Translations under genes and position numbers: made by a program
Assembly (NCBI GenBank): GCA_040767085.1
Contig: JAXGPF010000018.1
Span: 1-57,369, forward strand
Direction: 5' to 3'
DNA length: 57,369 bases
DNA from: Kiritimatiellia bacterium
Lineage (GTDB): Bacteria; Verrucomicrobiota; Kiritimatiellia; JAAZAB01
Notes under the pieces: generated by a model
The model's input: only the letters and a program-made list of their open reading frames with translations
Told to the model about the DNA's origin: nothing
Databases searched by the model: none
In this document: positions 18,531-26,780 of the stretch, in pieces
Position numbering within the stretch: position 1 is the first letter of the stretch
Layout of the letters: each line of letters starts with the position of its first letter

Positions 18531-18969
18531 ATATGAAAAATGCCGGAACTGAAATCAGAAATGAAAGCATAAAACCGAATTTATTGATCGTGTTTGCCGA
18601 TCAGATGCGTGCGACGGATATGGGCTGCGCCGGCAACGAGCAAATAAGAACTCCCAATCTGGACAAATTGGCGGGCGACGGCGCCCGATTCACCACCGCC
18701 GTGTCCACCTGCGCGGTGTGCGGACCCCACCGCGCCATGATGCTTACCGGGCTCTATCCGCTGTCGAATACTGTTTTCACCAACAACATCAGGTTGCCGG
18801 ACGATATTCCGTCGTTGGGCGATATGCTCAAGGCCCAGGGCTATGACACCGCCTATATCGGCAAATGGCACCTGGCGGGCGAGCCGGCATCGCAAGGATA
18901 TGTTCCGCCCGGCCCCATGCGCCATGGGTTCAATTACTGGGCCGCGCATAATTGCACCCATAAATATTA

Positions 18970-20330
18970 GGGGCTTCAGACTTTTGAATGGGCACCCCCT
19001 ACAGGTTGTGGTAATAGTGGTGAATGAATGCAAATACATTATACGCGAAATTGTTGGGATTGCGAGGGCCTTGGTTGGTTAGTCGGGTTGAGGTGAACGA
19101 GAGTGCCCGTCGTGTGGACGTATGGGTTAAGCATGAACCGGGAGTGCAAGTGGCCTGTCCGGAATGTGGGCAATTTGGGCCAGTGTACGACCACACGGCG
19201 GAACGCGAATATCGGCATCTTAACAGTTGTGAAATGGCGACGTATGTGCATGTGCGACTGCCGCGTGCGCAGTGCGCTCGGCACGGGGTTAAGCAGATTC
19301 TTTCGGAGTTTGGCGAGAATGGTTCGCCGATGACATATGCCTTTGAACGACAGATTATTACAGTGCTTGAGGAATGCAGCTTGAGTGGAGCTAGTCGATT
19401 GACGGGGATTAGCTGGGAGCAGGCGTGGGCGGTGGTGGAACGTGGTGTAGCGCGCGGCTGGGATCGCAAGGAACATAAGTTGCCGGCACGGATCGGGGTG
19501 GACGAGAAATCGTTTGCAAAAGGCCACAAGTACGAGACGCTGGTCTATGATTTGGAGCAAGCGACGGTGGAATATGTGGCCGACAATCGGGAGCAGGGAA
19601 GCTTGGAAGGATATTACAAACAGTTCACGCTGGAAGAGCGCGCGGCGGTGGAAGCCGTGGCCATGGACATGTGGGATCCGTACATCGCGGCGACACGCGC
19701 TTGGATTTCCGCTGCCCACCAGAAGATCGTCTTTGATCGATACCATGTGACAGCCTATGTTTCCAAGGCAGTCGACGAGGTTCGCAAGATCGAACACCGG
19801 CAATTGATGCAAGTGGGCCGAGAGGATTTGAAACACACGAAGTATCTTTGGCTTTGGAATGAAGAAAATATTCCCGATTGGCGTCGTGTGGAGTTCGAAC
19901 AACTCAAATCCCAAGATTTGAAGGTTTGCCGGGCGTGGGCGATCAAGGAGAATCTGCGGCATCTGTGGTCGTATCGTTCGGTGGCCTGGGCGCGGAAGTT
20001 CTTTAAGCGGTGGTATCACTGGGCAACACACTCCCGGTTGCCTGCTATGGTCAAGGCGGCGAAGACCTTGATGGCACATATGGCTAACATCGTCACCTTT
20101 GCCAAACTCCGCGTTACCAACGCCATGGGCGAAAGCCTTAATAGCAAGATAGAAAAGGTCAAACGGATGGCCTGCGGTTTCCGCAACCGGGATCACTATA
20201 AAAAAGCCATTTATTTTCATTGTGGAGGACTCGATCTCATGCCGAAAGCGCCCGCGTCTCCAATGATCCGCCTTTTCGCATGCTGACACCACTACATATG
20301 GGGGCTACCCACACAAAACCCGGAAGCGGC
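18970..20330 (+). mobile_element. ISL3-family insertion sequence, 1361 bp
   Basis: 8-bp target duplication AAATATTA (18962-18969, 20331-20338). Imperfect terminal IRs GGGGCTTCAGACTTTTGAATGGGCACCCCC vs revcomp GCCGCTTCCGGGTTTTGTGTGGGTAGCCCC (21/30). Visibly lower GC. Confidence 0.95.
19024..20286 (+). CDS. ISL3-family transposase
   Basis: Zn finger CPECG...CARHG; DDE motifs IGVDE, VAMDMW, FDRYH, TNAMGESLNSKI; GFRN. Confidence 0.96.
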   Translation: MNANTLYAKLLGLRGPWLVSRVEVNESARRVDVWVKHEPGVQVACPECGQFGPVYDHTAEREYRHLNSCEMATYVHVRLPRAQCARHGVKQILSEFGENGSPMTYAFERQIITVLEECSLSGASRLTGISWEQAWAVVERGVARGWDRKEHKLPARIGVDEKSFAKGHKYETLVYDLEQATVEYVADNREQGSLEGYYKQFTLEERAAVEAVAMDMWDPYIAATRAWISAAHQKIVFDRYHVTAYVSKAVDEVRKIEHRQLMQVGREDLKHTKYLWLWNEENIPDWRRVEFEQLKSQDLKVCRAWAIKENLRHLWSYRSVAWARKFFKRWYHWATHSRLPAMVKAAKTLMAHMANIVTFAKLRVTNAMGESLNSKIEKVKRMACGFRNRDHYKKAIYFHCGGLDLMPKAPASPMIRLFAC

Positions 20331-21484
20331 AAATATTATGACAGCGTTTATTTTGGCGATACGCCCGAGCCGATAGTCATGCCCGGCTGGCAGCCGGACG
20401 GGCAGACCGAGCTGGCCATGGATTATATAAAAAACCATGCCGCCGCTCCGGCCGCGGACAAAAAACCATTTGCCATGGTTATGTCGTGGGGGCCGCCGCA
20501 TACGCCATTTATCGCGCCGCCAGACTATGTTGAGTTGTATCCGCCCGATAAAATCAAATTACGGCCGAATATAGGGGAAACCTGCGATTGGATTGGCGTT
20601 TCCGACAGCCCGATTCCCAAAAAATACGCCGATTGGTGGAAAAGCCTGGGCAATGCCGGGAGCGCTCCGTTCGGGCGGGAGGCGGAACAATTGTTGCGGG
20701 AGTATATTTCAAATTATTACGCGGCCATAACCAACCTGGATTGGAATATGGGCCGCTTGATGAATCAACTCGCCGAGTCGGGCATTGCCGATGATACGTT
20801 GGTTGTGTTTACTTCCGATCATGGCGAAATGCTCGGGTCGCATGGTCAGCTCCATAAATGGCAGCCTTGGGATGAATCCATTATGGTGCCATTCATCCTG
20901 CGTTACCCCGGCCGGGTCGCCGGCGGCATCCGTCCCGATTTCCCCTTCGGAACTCCCGACATATTGCCGACTTTGTTCGGATTGATGGGGGCGGATATTC
21001 CCCGGCGGGTGGAAGGCCGGGATTTGTCCGGATTGCTGCATTCGTTTCGATCGGCGCATTCCAGCCCGACTTCGGCTTTGATTGCCTGCATTTGCGCGGG
21101 AACAACCTGGGGACGGAAATGGAGCCCTAATCAGCGCGGCCGGGGGATGGCCGAACATTTTTACCGGCCTTACCGCGGTATCAGGACGAACACCCACACT
21201 TACGTTCGGGACCGGCAGGGGCCGTGGTTCCTGTTCGATAACGCAAATGATCCTTATCAGATGAATAACCTGCTGGAGAACGGTGGAAGCGCGACGGTTC
21301 CGCCGGAACTTGAAAAAGAACTGCGGGATTGGTTGGACCGCACCGAAGATTATTTTGGAACCAATGAAGAATATCAAAAACTGGCCGATCCGGCCACGGG
21401 CATAGTCGCCGACCGCCGGAAATTGAAAAACAAAGCAAATAAATAGCTCAATTGTGTTTGGAGCACAAGAAAGCAGGAAATAAA

Positions 21485-24145
21485 ATGAGCAAAACGATAA
21501 AAATAGCGGTGTTGTTTGGAAATAAGAATGTTAAGGGAGCAATCGCGGCGGTTAACGGCAGGATTGATCGGTTAAATGCGGGTGAAGGTGAAATTGACGG
21601 CCGGAATTTCAATCTGCCTGAAGGCGGGCGGCTGGAAATTACATTTGCAGAATATACGCTTAAACGCGGGGCTTTCCCAACGATCTGCAATGTTTTCACA
21701 AATCAAAATCCGTTTTCCTTCAACTTGCGGGATGTCAATGCCGCCACACCGATTTTTATCCCGGAATTCAAGGTGGCGGTGATTCCGGCGGATGATCAAA
21801 GGGACTTGGCGCAGGTGGCCCGTGATGTGGCCGCGCGCGGCGCAATCTCGGATTATACCCGCTATCTGAACGCGCCGGAAGAATCTTACGCGCATGCCGC
21901 CGTCCGGAACCGTCAGCAGTATTGCCAGACCTGGCTGGGCTTGGGGCGCGACATGCGGATGTTCCGCGTCGGCTACCAGGAACGATACAAGTTTTGGGGT
22001 CAAATTCAGCCCTGCTACCATACCGTGCCCCAGCACTTGTCGTTTCTGCAAGCCAAGTTCGAGCGCGTGCCGGAGGCGGCCTACCAGGTCAATTTTGTGA
22101 TCGGGCAGGGCGCCTCCTGCCGGCCGCGCATTACCCGCAGGCTGGAAGACGGCGTATTGCCGATCCTCCGTTCCGTCCAGGCCGAAGAGGATATGCATTA
22201 CCATCTGACGGTGTTTGCCACGCTGGAAAAGGCGCCGCTGGCCCCCGGCGCGGTCCGCGGCTCGGAATGGGATGCCTGTTACGCCAACACGGGCGGGAAT
22301 ATGCTCTCGCCCGAGCAGCGCGAGGAGTTGCGTCCGCAGTTGGAGGCGGAAATGCGCGGGCGTGAAGAGGAAACGGTCTGTTGCCTCCGCGTCGAAGCCG
22401 TCAACACCGGCCGGGTGCCGCGCTATGCCTGGTTCAAAGCCGCCTTTGTCACGGGATTCAACGGTGTGGCGCTCAGGTATCCGGCTGCCGGGAAAGGCGA
22501 TTTCCAGGCGGGATATACCCGCTTGACCGGTTGCGCCGGGATTTTCTCCGTCAACCGGCTCGATGGCGCGCCCTTGCCGGAGCAAGAGATGGCGGTGCTC
22601 CTGCAGCCGGGCGAGGCGGCGGCTTTCGATATTATCGTGCCGCATGCGCCCGTCGGCGAGGACCGTGCGCGGGAACTGATGCGGCTGGACTTTGACGCGC
22701 ATCTGGAAGCATGCCGGGCGTACTGGCGCGCGCGCCTGGAATCGGCCGCCGCCATCAGCGTGCCGGAAAAGCCGATTGATGAAAATATCCGGGCCGGATT
22801 GCTGCAATGCGATCTGGTGACCCTGGGGCGCGAGCCGGACGGGCCGGCGCTGGCCACCATCGGCTGGTATTCGCCCATCGGCACGGAAAGCGCGCCGATC
22901 ATCCAGTTTTTCGACTCGATGGGCTGGCACAAACTGGCCGAACGCTGCATTGATTTCTTTTTCGCGCGGCAGCAGCCGAATGGCTTTATTCAAAACTTTG
23001 CCAAGTATGAAAGCGAAACCGGGCCATTGCTCTGGACGGTGGGCGAGCATTTCCGGTACACGCGCGATGCCGCCTGGCTGAAGCGCGTGCTGCCCAATAT
23101 CAAAAAAGCGGCGGATTACCTTTTGCAGTGGCGCGCGCGGAACCAGGTGGAAGAATTCCGCGCCCAGGGTTTTTACGGCATGGTCGACGGTAAGGTCGCC
23201 GATCCCAATGATTTTTACCATTCGTTCTTCCTGAATGCCGGCACCTATGTCGGCTTGAAACGGACGGCTGAAATGTGCCGTGCGATTGATCCGGGTTATG
23301 CCCGAATGCTCGACGGGGAACTGCCGGCATACCGCAAGGACATCCAGTCCGGATTCTATCATGCCCAGGCGCGTGCGCCGGTTATGCCTTTGGGCGATGG
23401 CGCCTGGGCGCCTTTGATGCCGCCCTGGGTGGAATATACCGGCGGCATCAGTTTTTACGCCGACGGCGGCATATGGTTTTCGCACGGCGCCTTTGCCTCC
23501 CGCAGTTGCCTGACCGGACCGCTCTGGCTGATCATCGCGGAAGTGCTGGATCCGTTTGAAATCGGCGCTGAATTCATGCTGAAGACGAACCAGTACCCGG
23601 TGACGCTGGACAATGCTGCGCTGAGCCAGCCGTATTACTGCCGGCACGATTACGCGCATGTCCGGCGCGGCGAGGTGGCCGCTTTCCTGAAAACCTATTA
23701 CAACCAGATCACCGGGTTGCAGGATCATGAAACTTACACGTTTTGGGAGCATTACTACCATGCCAGCGAACACAAGACGCATGAACAGGGCTGGTTCCTG
23801 ATGCAGACGCGCTGGATGCTCTGGCTGGAGGAGGGCGATATGCTGCGGTTGCTGGGCGCCATCCCGCGCGCCTGGCTGGAACATGGCAAAGCCATCCGCC
23901 TGCAGGGCGTCAAATCGTATTTCGGACCGCTGTGGGCGGACGTTGAATCGGATTTGCAGCGCAACCGGATCACCGCGGAAATCCGGGTGGAATCGGACCG
24001 CCTGCCGGCCGCCCTGTGCATACGTCTGCCGCACCCGCAAGGCCGGCGGGCCGTGGCGTGTGCGGGCGGGAAATACGATCCGGCCACCGAGACGGTGGCG
24101 GTCAAGCCGTTCAACGGCCGGGCGCGGGTGGAATTACGTTTTTAA
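21485..24145 (+). CDS. Hypothetical protein with probable six-hairpin (alpha/alpha)6 glycosidase-like C-terminal domain
   Basis: 886 aa, no signal peptide. Helical hairpin pattern (GEHFRYTRD.AWL...KKAADYL, FWEH) and C-terminal beta domain L.AIPRAWL..G..I.L....SYFG typical of (alpha/alpha)6 glycosidases. GCAGGA RBS. Confidence 0.65.
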   Translation: MSKTIKIAVLFGNKNVKGAIAAVNGRIDRLNAGEGEIDGRNFNLPEGGRLEITFAEYTLKRGAFPTICNVFTNQNPFSFNLRDVNAATPIFIPEFKVAVIPADDQRDLAQVARDVAARGAISDYTRYLNAPEESYAHAAVRNRQQYCQTWLGLGRDMRMFRVGYQERYKFWGQIQPCYHTVPQHLSFLQAKFERVPEAAYQVNFVIGQGASCRPRITRRLEDGVLPILRSVQAEEDMHYHLTVFATLEKAPLAPGAVRGSEWDACYANTGGNMLSPEQREELRPQLEAEMRGREEETVCCLRVEAVNTGRVPRYAWFKAAFVTGFNGVALRYPAAGKGDFQAGYTRLTGCAGIFSVNRLDGAPLPEQEMAVLLQPGEAAAFDIIVPHAPVGEDRARELMRLDFDAHLEACRAYWRARLESAAAISVPEKPIDENIRAGLLQCDLVTLGREPDGPALATIGWYSPIGTESAPIIQFFDSMGWHKLAERCIDFFFARQQPNGFIQNFAKYESETGPLLWTVGEHFRYTRDAAWLKRVLPNIKKAADYLLQWRARNQVEEFRAQGFYGMVDGKVADPNDFYHSFFLNAGTYVGLKRTAEMCRAIDPGYARMLDGELPAYRKDIQSGFYHAQARAPVMPLGDGAWAPLMPPWVEYTGGISFYADGGIWFSHGAFASRSCLTGPLWLIIAEVLDPFEIGAEFMLKTNQYPVTLDNAALSQPYYCRHDYAHVRRGEVAAFLKTYYNQITGLQDHETYTFWEHYYHASEHKTHEQGWFLMQTRWMLWLEEGDMLRLLGAIPRAWLEHGKAIRLQGVKSYFGPLWADVESDLQRNRITAEIRVESDRLPAALCIRLPHPQGRRAVACAGGKYDPATETVAVKPFNGRARVELRF

Positions 24146-24603
24146 GGGCGGAACTGGCGGCAGTTGACGCCAGCCTCGCGCAGCAGCGCCGCCGCCTGTG
24201 CCGTAAAATGGTATTCCTGGCCGAAGACTACCGCCGTGATGCCGGCGGTGATGATCATCCGGGCGCAGGGCAGGCAGGGGCTGATGGTGCAGTAGAGCGT
24301 CGCGCCCTGCAGCGCCACCCCGTAATAGGCGGCTTGCACGATGGCGTTTTCCTCGGCATGGGCGCAGATGCATTCGTCCAGCTTGGCGCCGGAAGGCACG
24401 TCCGCGGCGGCGCAGCGCGGGCAGCCGCCCTCGCAGCAATTGCGGATGCCGGGCGGGGTGCCGTTGTAGCCGGTGGAAATGATGCGGTGGTTTTTGACGA
24501 TGACCGCCGCCACCTGGCGGCCCCGGCAGTTGCCGCGCCGCTTGACGACCGCGGCGATGTCCATGAAATAGGTGTCCCAGTCCGGGCGTTCAAAATTTGG
24601 CAT
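24142..24603 (-). CDS. dCMP deaminase (ComEB-like) family protein
   Basis: RPDWDTYFM, TGYNG, HAEENAI, PCLPC zinc motifs. Confidence 0.93.
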   Translation of the reverse strand: MPNFERPDWDTYFMDIAAVVKRRGNCRGRQVAAVIVKNHRIISTGYNGTPPGIRNCCEGGCPRCAAADVPSGAKLDECICAHAEENAIVQAAYYGVALQGATLYCTISPCLPCARMIITAGITAVVFGQEYHFTAQAAALLREAGVNCRQFRP

Positions 24604-24614
24604 GATTGATCCCC

Positions 24615-25469
24615 TTATTTACAGGATGAATGCTCAAGCTCCCCGCACTCCGCCTGCCGTCCGCGTTTTTCCCATCGGCGGATGATCCAGACGCATAATT
24701 CATACAACAGCATCATGGGGATGGCCATCAAAATCTGGGAAAACACATCGGGCGGGGTCAGCACCATGGCCAGGATAAAAATGGCGACAATCGCATGCCG
24801 CCGGTATTGAACCAGCATGGCGCTGGAAACCACGCCCAGCCAGCCCAGGGCCAGCAGCAGCACGGGCAATTCAAAGGCCAGTCCGAAACCCAGCAGCAGC
24901 TGGACGGTGAAGGACACGTAACTGGTGATCGTCCATTCCGCGCGGATGCCCAGCCACGCGTGCAAACCCAGCATCAGGCGCAGGGCGGTCGGCAGGACGA
25001 GCAGGTAGCCCATCAGCGCGCCGCCGATGAACAGGATGACCGTCAGCGCCAGGGCGCCGGCGGCCGCCTTGCGTTCCACGGCGCGCAGGGCGGGAAAAAT
25101 GAAACGCGCCAGGGCCACGACGATCAAAGGGGCGGCCAGGAGCAGGCCGGCCCAGAAGGTGAGCCGCAGGGCGATGGAAAAACCGCCGGCGATTTCCAAC
25201 GAACGCAGAAATTCTTCCGGACGGTCGGTGATGCCGGACAGCGGCGCGCGCAGAATCTTCAAGAGCAACGGCGCCAATGGCAGGGCAGCGGCCATGCCCA
25301 GTAACAGGAGGGCCGCGGCCGCCAGGATGGTCCGGCGCAAATCTTCCAGGTGTTCCAAAAACGGCTTGGGAATGTCCGGCCAGATTGCGCGTTTCCCGGC
25401 CTGGTCCGGCGCGGCGGCCGCCCGGACCGCCGGATTTTCCGCGGACGCCGCTGGCCGTTCTGGTTCCAC
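24615..25469 (-). CDS. tatC: Twin-arginine translocase subunit TatC
   Basis: FLEHLEDLR, FIFPAL, FGLAFELP, RRHAIV, LTPPD, LLYE; six hydrophobic segments. Confidence 0.94.
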   Translation of the reverse strand: MEPERPAASAENPAVRAAAAPDQAGKRAIWPDIPKPFLEHLEDLRRTILAAAALLLLGMAAALPLAPLLLKILRAPLSGITDRPEEFLRSLEIAGGFSIALRLTFWAGLLLAAPLIVVALARFIFPALRAVERKAAAGALALTVILFIGGALMGYLLVLPTALRLMLGLHAWLGIRAEWTITSYVSFTVQLLLGFGLAFELPVLLLALGWLGVVSSAMLVQYRRHAIVAIFILAMVLTPPDVFSQILMAIPMMLLYELCVWIIRRWEKRGRQAECGELEHSSCK

Positions 25470-25486
25470 GGGGTGTTTCCAGGGAA

Positions 25487-25696
25487 TCAGGCCGGCTTGG
25501 CGGCGGCCATCTGTTTTTTCACGGCCGCCGGCCGTTGAAGCATTTCGCGGACTTGCTTGGAATTCAGCTTTTTGACCTTGGTTTCCGGCACCCCCAAAGC
25601 CAGCAGGCGGTTGCGCTGCAGCTTTTCGCGGCGGCGTTTTTCACGCGGTTTCTTGGCGGAATAAGTCAGTTCATCATTGGCGCGGCCCGATCCCAT
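25487..25696 (-). CDS. Small highly basic protein (69 aa) of unknown function
   Basis: GAGGA RBS upstream; 20 K/R vs 6 D/E; fills the gap upstream of tatC; no transmembrane segment. Confidence 0.75.
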   Translation of the reverse strand: MGSGRANDELTYSAKKPREKRRREKLQRNRLLALGVPETKVKKLNSKQVREMLQRPAAVKKQMAAAKPA

Positions 25697-25947
25697 GGTA
25701 AAATCCTCATGTATGGTTCTTCAGTCAAACAGCCTGCATCCATTCAATAAAACCGGATCCTAACGTAATCATGCTTGAAAGGCAAGCGTGGAAATGCCGG
25801 TAACACCATGACGCGATGGATCAGCCGCCGCCGTAAAATCGTGCGTGACTATTTAGTTTGTTCATGGTACAAAACGACAATAAATTTTTGCCGGGAATCA
25901 TCCGGCGGAAACGGATTGAAACTGTCCGCTAACCAGGGAAGAATTGC

Positions 25948-26685
25948 ATGCAATCCAATCAAATTATGGCGGCGGTATTGGCGGCGGGCTTGGCGGGGGC
26001 GGTTTGCGCCCAGACGTCCGCGCCCGCGCGGCAACCGGCGCCGGTCCTGCCGGCGGCGCCGCCGGCGGAATCTTATGACTGGGACTGGCTCAATGTGGCG
26101 GTGGGGGCCAAGATCGGCACGCTGGGCATTGGCGGGGAACTGACGCTGGGCGTGAACGATTATCTCAATCTGCGCGGCGGCGGTTCGTGGGCGAGTTTAT
26201 CCATCAGCCGTAAAATTCAGGATGTGGATTACGATCTGGATTTGGATTTAACCACCTTCCCCATCCTCCTGGATGTGCATCCGTTTGCCAATAACTTCCG
26301 CGTCAGCGGCGGCATGATCCTGCACAGCCAGGCCAAGGCCAAACTCAAGGCGACCCCCGACCAGGAAGTCACCATCGGCGATCATAAATATCCCGCCGCC
26401 GCCGTTGGGACCCTTTCCGGCGCGATTGAATCCGCGCGCCAGGTGGCGCCGTATATCGGCATCGGCTACGGCAACGCGGTCGGCAGCGACGCCTGCCTGT
26501 CTTTTGTTTTCGACCTGGGTGTGGCTTTCCAGACCTATGATGTTGACCTGACGGCCGACGGCCCCGCGATGGCTTTCCCGGAATTCCGGGAGGATTTGCA
26601 AAAAGAGCAGGAAAAAATCCAGGACGACGCCGACAGCTTTAAAATCTATCCCGTCCTGGCATTCGGCATAGCCTATTATTTTTAA
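25948..26685 (+). CDS. Outer-membrane beta-barrel protein
   Basis: Signal peptide; GAKIGTLGIGGE, APYIGIGYG; C-terminal beta-signal IYPVLAFGIAYYF. Confidence 0.85.
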   Translation: MQSNQIMAAVLAAGLAGAVCAQTSAPARQPAPVLPAAPPAESYDWDWLNVAVGAKIGTLGIGGELTLGVNDYLNLRGGGSWASLSISRKIQDVDYDLDLDLTTFPILLDVHPFANNFRVSGGMILHSQAKAKLKATPDQEVTIGDHKYPAAAVGTLSGAIESARQVAPYIGIGYGNAVGSDACLSFVFDLGVAFQTYDVDLTADGPAMAFPEFREDLQKEQEKIQDDADSFKIYPVLAFGIAYYF

Positions 26686-26699
26686 TCAATTATTCGCTT

Positions 26700-26745
26700 A
26701 TCTCCTTGTAATTAAGCTGTTTACATCTATATATGATTATAATCA
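26700..26745 (+). promoter_or_regulatory. Probable promoter/operator for the glycan module
   Basis: AT-rich. Perfect TATAAT (26738-26743) inside a 12-bp palindrome TGATTATAATCA (26734-26745); also TGTAA-N9-TTACA (26707-26725). No good -35 at 17 bp. Confidence 0.5.
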
Positions 26746-26780
26746 GCATGTGACAGGGAGCAGGATGCGGCGGGCAAATT

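Larger units (their letters stand above)
18533..21446 (+). pseudogene. Formylglycine-dependent (S1, Cys-type) sulfatase interrupted by ISL3; 514 aa when reconstructed
   Basis: N-part: KPNLLIVFADQMR, CGPHR (CxPxR), LTG, GYDTAYIGKWHL. C-part: SWGPPHTP, YYAAITNLD, VFTSDHGEMLGSHG, DILPTL. Removing 18970-20338 restores the frame ...NCTHKYYDSVYFGD... Confidence 0.95.

Noticed and set aside
25487-25696. tatA/tatB call for the small ORF upstream of tatC
   Set aside because: No N-terminal transmembrane helix or FG hinge.
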